NCBI RefSeq assembly: GCF_000621645.1
Contig: NZ_JHXR01000028.1
Span: forward strand, 10,368 to 42,367
Origin: Vibrio cholerae ATCC 14035
GTDB lineage: Bacteria; Pseudomonadota; Gammaproteobacteria; Enterobacterales; Vibrionaceae
Length of the DNA: 32,000 nt
Reading direction: 5' to 3'
The notes beneath the pieces were generated by a model. The model saw only the letters and a program-made list of their open reading frames with translations, made no database searches and was not told where the DNA came from. Below, piece by piece: positions 26,973-32,000 of the stretch; position 1 is the stretch's first letter; every line of letters begins with the position of its first letter. A program made the translations under genes and the position numbers.

Positions 26973-27734
26973 ATGGTGGATATTCTCAGCGATGCAGAAA
27001 TGCTGCGTTACAACCGACAGATCATTCTCAAAGCGTTTGATTTTGAAGGACAAGAGAAACTAAAGCAGAGCTCAGTGCTGATCCTCGGTGCGGGTGGTTT
27101 GGGTTGTGCGAGTAGCCAATACCTAGCGACGGCGGGGGTCGGTCACATCACATTGATTGATGATGATGTGGTTGAGCTCTCTAACCTCCAGCGCCAAGTA
27201 CTACACCATGATGCGGATATTGGCCGTGCGAAAGTGGATTCTGCGGCTGATTCACTGCGTCTACTCAATCCGCATCTTCAAGTAGAAACGATCCAAGCAC
27301 GTATGAGTGATGACGAATTGGATGTGCTGATTGCACGCCACGATCTGGTGCTGGATGCTTGCGATAATGTCGACACGCGTAACCAGCTCAATCGCCTCTG
27401 CTTCAAACACAAAACACCGCTGGTTTCCGGTGCGGCGATTCGCATGGAAGGCCAAGTGAGCGTGTTTACGTATCAAGATCCCGCGCAGCCTTGCTATCAA
27501 TGCTTAAGCGCCCTATTCGGCTCATCGGCACTCAGTTGTGTTGAAGCGGGCATAATGGCTCCAGTGGTAGGCATTATTGGTGCTGTTCAGGCGATGGAAG
27601 CGATTAAGGTGTTGACCGGTTTGGGGACACCTAAGCAAGGTAAGATCTTGATTCTTGACGCGATGAGCATGTCATGGCGTGAAATGAACCTGATGCAGTT
27701 ACCTCAGTGTCCAGTTTGCCACCCGCAAAGCTAA
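26973..27734 (+). CDS. moeB: Molybdopterin-synthase adenylyltransferase MoeB
   Basis: LSDAEMLRYNRQIILKAFDFEGQEKLK...GAGGLGCASSQYLA...NLQRQVLH...CYQCL...CPVC is collinear with E. coli MoeB. The start is the ATG at 26973 or the GTG at 26970, 3-6 nt after the moeA stop. Confidence 0.95.
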   Translation: MVDILSDAEMLRYNRQIILKAFDFEGQEKLKQSSVLILGAGGLGCASSQYLATAGVGHITLIDDDVVELSNLQRQVLHHDADIGRAKVDSAADSLRLLNPHLQVETIQARMSDDELDVLIARHDLVLDACDNVDTRNQLNRLCFKHKTPLVSGAAIRMEGQVSVFTYQDPAQPCYQCLSALFGSSALSCVEAGIMAPVVGIIGAVQAMEAIKVLTGLGTPKQGKILILDAMSMSWREMNLMQLPQCPVCHPQS

Positions 27735-27834
27735 CGCCTGCCGTATTAACGTCACAATTTTGCGACGCTGACACGGTCTGGCTACCCATTCTGTGCCAGA
27801 TGGCGAAGTTAAATCCTCTAAAGCCGACTAAAGT

Positions 27835-27896
27835 TATACCCACACGACTTGGAGTTGCTGCTCACACGGCTGCAGCTTCAGCAGGATGGGAATAAG
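27835..27896 (-). repeat. Mini-ERIC (both termini present, core deleted), about 60 bp
   Basis: tatacccacacgacttggagttgc...cacacggctgcagcttcagcaggatgggaataa matches the two ends of copy B (tatacccaaactacttggagttgc ... caacaccgctgcagcttcaagtaggaaggggataa). Confidence 0.65.
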
Positions 27897-27917
27897 ATCA
27901 AATAGAGGAGCTGAGCC

Positions 27918-28286
27918 ATGTCCAATCTCAACGTTTTGGAAATTAAATCTTTCGTTCCCGCTCAGGACTTCACCACGTCCAAACAGTTTTACTTATCCCT
28001 CGGTTTTGAACTGATTACAGAATTTGGCGATGTGGCTTATTTGCGTTTAGGCCAATGCGCTTTTTTGCTGCAAAACACCCATCAGCGCCCCCATCAAGGC
28101 AACACTATGATGCATCTGTTAGTGGAAGATGCACAGAGCTGGTTCGATCACGTCAAAACGTTGCAACTGGAAGAGCGTTTTGAAAGCAAAGTGACTGCTC
28201 TCATCACTCAACCTTGGGGCATGTTGGAGTTTTGTTTAGTTGACCCGAGTGATGTTCTGTGGCGTATTGGTCAACGTATTGGGTAA
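27918..28286 (+). CDS. VOC-family (glyoxalase/bleomycin-resistance fold) protein
   Basis: 122 aa. SFVPAQDFTTSKQFYLSLGFE...AYLRLGQCAFLLQN...LLVEDAQSW...QPWGMLEFCLVDPSDVLW has the pattern of small bleomycin-binding/glyoxalase-fold proteins. RBS AGAGGAG. Confidence 0.65.
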   Translation: MSNLNVLEIKSFVPAQDFTTSKQFYLSLGFELITEFGDVAYLRLGQCAFLLQNTHQRPHQGNTMMHLLVEDAQSWFDHVKTLQLEERFESKVTALITQPWGMLEFCLVDPSDVLWRIGQRIG

Positions 28287-28307
28287 TCACAAAAATAAGG
28301 AATAACA

Positions 28308-29138
28308 ATGACCTCCCCACTCGTCACGGCGCAATGGCTGCAACAACATCTGCACGACCCCAATTTGGTGATCCTCGATAGCAGCATCGAGTTTCAAATT
28401 CCAACCGAGTCTGAAAAAGATTGGATCAACAAAATTCCCAACGCGCAGCGCTTTGATTACGACAAAGAGTTTTGCGACCCTGATTCGCCCTTGCCGCACA
28501 TGATGCCTTCTGAGCAGCGCTTTAACACTCTCGCTCGCGAACTGGGTATCAACCAAGATTCCATTATTGTGGTGTACGACAACAGCGGCACTTTTGCTTC
28601 TCCCCGAGCATGGTGGATGTTCAAAGCCATGGGACACCACAAGGTGTATATCCTCAATGGCGGATTAACCGAATGGAAAGCTCAGGGTTACAACGTCACT
28701 CAAAACTATCGTGAACCCACAACAAAAGGGAACTTTGACGGCAAACTCAACCCACAAGCCTTTGTTGATGCGAGTTATGTTCTCAAACAGATCGATAATC
28801 CACATAGCCAAACCATTGATGCTCGCGGATTAGCGCGCTTTTTCGGTGAAGTGCCAGAACCTCGCCCCGGCGTGCGCAGTGGGCATATTCCCGGCTCATC
28901 CTGCTTGCCTTTTGCAGAGCTCATCACTGGTCACAAGCTAAAAGAGCAAGCCGAGTTACGCCCGCTACTGACTCATATGTTGCCCGAGACAGCACAAGAA
29001 TATCTGTTTAGCTGCGGCTCAGGCGTGACCGCATGTATTGTGCTGCTCGCGGCGTATGTGTGCGGTTATCAAAACCTCTCGGTTTACGATGGTTCGTGGA
29101 CAGAATGGGGACAACGGCAAGATCTGCCGATTGAGTAA
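28308..29138 (+). CDS. sseA: 3-mercaptopyruvate/thiosulfate sulfurtransferase (tandem rhodanese)
   Basis: 276 aa with two rhodanese domains. The active-site loop CGSGVTACIV is the 3-MST signature CG[ST]GVTA. It starts 21 nt after the VOC gene. Confidence 0.85.
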   Translation: MTSPLVTAQWLQQHLHDPNLVILDSSIEFQIPTESEKDWINKIPNAQRFDYDKEFCDPDSPLPHMMPSEQRFNTLARELGINQDSIIVVYDNSGTFASPRAWWMFKAMGHHKVYILNGGLTEWKAQGYNVTQNYREPTTKGNFDGKLNPQAFVDASYVLKQIDNPHSQTIDARGLARFFGEVPEPRPGVRSGHIPGSSCLPFAELITGHKLKEQAELRPLLTHMLPETAQEYLFSCGSGVTACIVLLAAYVCGYQNLSVYDGSWTEWGQRQDLPIE

Positions 29139-29153
29139 TGTCTAAGTCGTTAG

Positions 29154-29183
29154 AGTGCAGCGGAGCTCGCTGCACTTCTTTTC
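29154..29183 (+). terminator. Rho-independent terminator after sseA
   Basis: agtgcagcg-gagct-cgctgcact followed by tcttttc. Confidence 0.75.
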
Positions 29184-29222
29184 TACAGAAATTGGCCTAC
29201 AAAATATCCATTAAATAGCGAT

Positions 29223-30218
29223 TTAAGACGCAGATAATGCCGTTTGCATCTGCTCATCTAAGTTGAGCACGGTCAAAGCGTTACTCACACTGGTCGCGAT
29301 CACATCAATCGCGCCGGTGCGCAGTGCACCCAAAAGAGCAAGCGGTTTACTGTTTTCTGCGGCAATTGCGATCACTTCAGCAATTGGGCGGAACTCGTCA
29401 ATCCCCAAGCCAATCACGCGATCATTCATCACGGTATTCGCGATACGTCCATGCACATCAAAAAAGTCATGCCCGGCGAAATCACCGACCACACCTTGAT
29501 TCAGGCGTGATTGCACCACCTCTTCCGGCGTAAACCAGCCAAGATCAACCATGTAGCTGTTTTCACTCATATCGCCAATTCCGACCAGTGCGATATCCGC
29601 TTTACGAGCAAGATCGAGGGTTTGCTTCACCGTACTGTTTTGCATGAAAACCCGTTTCTGCTCCGGGTTTTCTGCGTAGGCCGGCGCGTACAAGGTTTCC
29701 GAGCTGCCGCCGTATTTTTTTGCGAGTTGACGACAAATATGGTCAGCGTTAAACATACCGCCGCGTGGGTGAATGCCGCCGATGCTGCACACAAATTTAC
29801 AATCTCGCGGCGTGATCACCCCAACATGATGCGCTACGGCTGACACATTACGCCCCTGTCCAACCGTCACTACCATGCCGTTTTTTAGCGTGCTGGTAAG
29901 ATAGTTGGATACCAAACCTGCAACTTGTTGGCGCTGCGCTTCATCATTGGGTTGATCAAGGGCAATCAAGGCGCGGCGCACACCAAAACGCTCAATCAAG
30001 CGCTGCTCGATTTTGGCGCTGAACACCGGATGGTATTTCACAGTAATTTCAACAATCCCCTCATCACGGGCTTGCTTGAGCAACCGCCCCACTTTGGCGC
30101 GTGAAATGGTGTATTTTTTGGAAATCTCTTCCTGTGTTGCGCCATCTTGATAATAAGAGACGGCGATTTCAGTCAGCAGATCGGTACTTTCAACCGAAAT
30201 CTCTGGAATTTGGCTCAT
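29223..30218 (-). CDS. SorC/DeoR(B. subtilis)-family sugar-phosphate-binding transcriptional regulator
   Basis: N-terminal HTH (LLTEIAVSYYQDGATQEEISKKYTISRAKVGRLLKQARDEGIVEI) plus a SorC-type sugar-binding domain of about 250 aa. It is divergent from talB-tkt. RBS GAAGGA. Confidence 0.8.
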   Translation of the reverse strand: MSQIPEISVESTDLLTEIAVSYYQDGATQEEISKKYTISRAKVGRLLKQARDEGIVEITVKYHPVFSAKIEQRLIERFGVRRALIALDQPNDEAQRQQVAGLVSNYLTSTLKNGMVVTVGQGRNVSAVAHHVGVITPRDCKFVCSIGGIHPRGGMFNADHICRQLAKKYGGSSETLYAPAYAENPEQKRVFMQNSTVKQTLDLARKADIALVGIGDMSENSYMVDLGWFTPEEVVQSRLNQGVVGDFAGHDFFDVHGRIANTVMNDRVIGLGIDEFRPIAEVIAIAAENSKPLALLGALRTGAIDVIATSVSNALTVLNLDEQMQTALSAS

Positions 30219-30595
30219 GGGCTATCCTTCTATGGCCGCGGCCTTGCATGCCGCAGCGCTCAACATTCAGCTCAACATCAGTATGCGCGCTATGTTACTC
30301 GCCTTTTTGGAGTGAGCAAATGATCTTAGTCATAACATTTTCTCAGTGTGGTTTTCTCACCTTTGATAGATGGCCCATAGTGAGGCCAAATTTGAGCAAA
30401 CGATTTAATGGCAACAAGGGCTGCGAAGGCGAAAAAAAACTCCGCTCAACGCGTCATAAACCGGGTTGTTGAATTGACTTTCCCGACAGATAGGATAAAT
30501 ATGGCTCCATCATTTACTCAGCGAACGAGCAAATGTTCAGAGCAAAAGTTCGGGCGCTGAAAATTTTGCATTTACTGACTCGCACTCTCTAAATC

Positions 30596-30721
30596 TGCCC
30601 AAACTACTTGGAGTTGCAGGTAGGCGGCAAGTGAGTTCATCCCCATGAGCATAGATGCACTATGTGATTGGGGTGAACGAACGTAGCCAACACCGCTGCA
30701 GCTTCAAGTAGGAAGGGGATA
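30596..30721 (-). repeat. Full-length ERIC/IRU element (copy B), inverted relative to copy A
   Basis: The reverse complement of 30598-30717 is identical to 24713-24832 at 119 of 120 positions; the only difference is C versus T at 24773. Confidence 0.9.
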
Positions 30722-30798
30722 AAGTGATTGAGTCATTCAACTGCTTGCCCTATCTGACCCTCATCGGCAGATAAGCCCAACGAAATAGGACGATCGAA

Positions 30799-31749
30799 AT
30801 GAGCAATAAATTAGCGCAACTTCGTAAACTGACCACAGTCGTGGCCGACACTGGTGAAATTGATGCAATCAAAAAATACCAGCCAGAAGACGCAACCACT
30901 AACCCTTCTCTGATTCTAAAAGCTGCGCAGATTGCTGAATACGCACCTCTGATTGATCAAGCTATCGCCTACGCAAAAACTCAAAGCAACGACAAAGCAC
31001 AACAAGTACAAGACACTTGTGACATGCTGGCGGTCAACATCGGTAAAGAAATCCTAAAAACCATTCCGGGCCGTATCTCTACTGAAGTTGACGCACGTCT
31101 TTCTTACGATATGGAACGCAGCGTAGCGAAAGCACGTCAGCTAGTAAAAATGTACAACGATGCGGGCATCAGCAACGATCGTATCCTGATCAAACTGGCT
31201 TCAACTTGGGAAGGCATCCGCGCGGCGGAAATTCTTGAGAAAGAAGGCATCAACTGTAACCTGACTCTGCTGTTCTCTTTCGCACAAGCGCGTGCGTGTG
31301 CTGAAGCAGGGGTGTTCCTGATCTCTCCTTTCGTTGGCCGCATCATGGACTGGTACAAAGCTAAAGAAGGTCGTGATTTCGCGGCAAGCGAAGATCCAGG
31401 CGTACTGTCAGTCACCAAGATCTACAACTACTACAAAGAGCACGGCTACAAAACCGTAGTAATGGGCGCTAGCTTCCGTAACATCGGTGAGATCCTAGAA
31501 CTGGCTGGCTGTGACCGCCTGACTATCGCACCTTCGCTACTGGCTGAGCTTGAAGCGGCTGAAGGCGAATTAGTTGCGAAACTGGTTGACTCAAAAGGCT
31601 CTAAAGCTCGCCCTGCTCCAATGACGCACAGCGAATTCCTGTGGGAACACAACCTAGACGCTATGGCCGTTGAAAAACTGGCTGAAGGCATCCGTAACTT
31701 CGCGGTTGACCAAGGCAAACTGGAAGCGATGATCGCGGCTAAGCTGTAA
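30799..31749 (+). CDS. talB: Transaldolase B
   Basis: [37 protein letters not shown]...[10 protein letters not shown]...[32 protein letters not shown] is the canonical TalB sequence. Confidence 0.95.
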   Translation: MSNKLAQLRKLTTVVADTGEIDAIKKYQPEDATTNPSLILKAAQIAEYAPLIDQAIAYAKTQSNDKAQQVQDTCDMLAVNIGKEILKTIPGRISTEVDARLSYDMERSVAKARQLVKMYNDAGISNDRILIKLASTWEGIRAAEILEKEGINCNLTLLFSFAQARACAEAGVFLISPFVGRIMDWYKAKEGRDFAASEDPGVLSVTKIYNYYKEHGYKTVVMGASFRNIGEILELAGCDRLTIAPSLLAELEAAEGELVAKLVDSKGSKARPAPMTHSEFLWEHNLDAMAVEKLAEGIRNFAVDQGKLEAMIAAKL

Positions 31750-31759
31750 TCCTGATTTT

Positions 31760-31799
31760 GAAGCGAGCTCCGGCTCGCTTCTTTCTGCTTTTTATTTTT
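31760..31799 (+). terminator. Rho-independent terminator after talB
   Basis: gaagcgagc-tccg-gctcgcttc followed by tttctgctttttattttt. Confidence 0.8.
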
Positions 31800-31845
31800 G
31801 TTGAACGCACTCCGTTCAACCTCCTTTATTGAAATGAGTAACACT

Positions 31846-32000
31846 ATGAATCGCAAACAACTTGCCAATGCTATCCGCGCCCTGAGCATGGACGGCGTTC
31901 AAAAAGCTAACTCTGGTCACCCGGGAGCCCCAATGGGCATGGCGGATATCGCCGAAGTGCTGTGGCGTTCACACTTAAACCACAACCCACAAAACCCAAA
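31846..32000 (+). CDS. tkt: Transketolase, N-terminal 51 codons (runs off the right edge)
   Basis: The ATG at 31846 gives [51 protein letters not shown], the canonical TktA N-terminus with the SGHPG motif. It is absent from the ORF track because there is no stop codon in the window. Confidence 0.9.

Noticed and set aside
27707-27895. 62-aa plus-strand ORF after moeB
   Set aside because: It starts inside moeB in another frame, reads through the mini-ERIC, and has no RBS.
30101-30472. 123-aa plus-strand ORF in the SorC/talB spacer
   Set aside because: Its first 118 nt (about 39 codons) are antisense to the HTH region of the SorC regulator. It has no SD and its composition is Cys, Arg and Trp rich. 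The region is better explained as a regulatory spacer with repeated operator-like motifs.
30500-30559. 19-codon mini-ORF (MAPSFTQRTSKCSEQKFGR) with an AGGA 7 nt upstream
   Set aside because: It overlaps two of the GAGCAAAnGnT motifs, which more simply explain the sequence conservation. It is too short to support without ribosome-profiling evidence.
24709-30721. Composite transposon or genomic island bounded by the inverted ERIC pair
   Set aside because: The enclosed genes are housekeeping (folE, moeAB, sseA). There is no transposase or integrase, I noticed no obvious base-composition shift by eye, and ERICs are non-autonomous. It is retained only as a possible recombination or inversion substrate.

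Overview
By eye this is a densely coding, core-genome stretch of a Vibrio. Gene order and content resemble V. cholerae chromosome II; that is recognition, not a search result. From left to right the window holds:
- the yejABEF peptide ABC importer on the minus strand (yejF has only its first 15 codons)
- a Nudix hydrolase
- a stand-alone DHH/DHHA1 phosphoesterase (PggH-like)
- a DUF333 lipoprotein
- a DUF218 protein with an uncharacterised C-terminal half
- an atypical POT-family transporter
- an EamA/DMT transporter
- a complete 2-aminoethylphosphonate (2-AEP) locus: phnS, phnT, fused phnUV and phnR on the minus strand, divergent from phnW, a class-III aminotransferase-like gene (PbfA-like) and phnX
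- rnk, yjjG, a possible 58-codon ORF, elbB, mscL, fhs, an exported msrA-msrB fusion, folE, moeA, moeB, a VOC/glyoxalase-fold protein, sseA, a SorC-family regulator, talB, and the start of tkt.

I see no rRNA, tRNA, CRISPR array, integrase, transposase or defence-like gene cluster, and no convincing new multi-gene system. The only repeat family is ERIC/IRU-type intergenic elements: two full-length copies, two short forms and one truncated copy.

The leads most worth a second look are regulatory or architectural:
- a 119/120-identical inverted ERIC pair bracketing about 5.76 kb (folE to the SorC regulator)
- three HutC-type operator candidates organising the phn locus, with an internal terminator plus operator between phnS and phnT
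- the PbfA-like gene between phnW and phnX
- the PggH-like DHH/DHHA1 enzyme
- a four-fold GAGCAAAnGnT motif between the SorC regulator and talB
- a near-consensus PurR box on the fhs promoter
- a promoter-plus-hairpin module immediately upstream of rnk
- a POT transporter lacking the ExxER proton-coupling motif.

All coordinates and alignments were worked out by hand from the sequence. Nothing was searched or computed.
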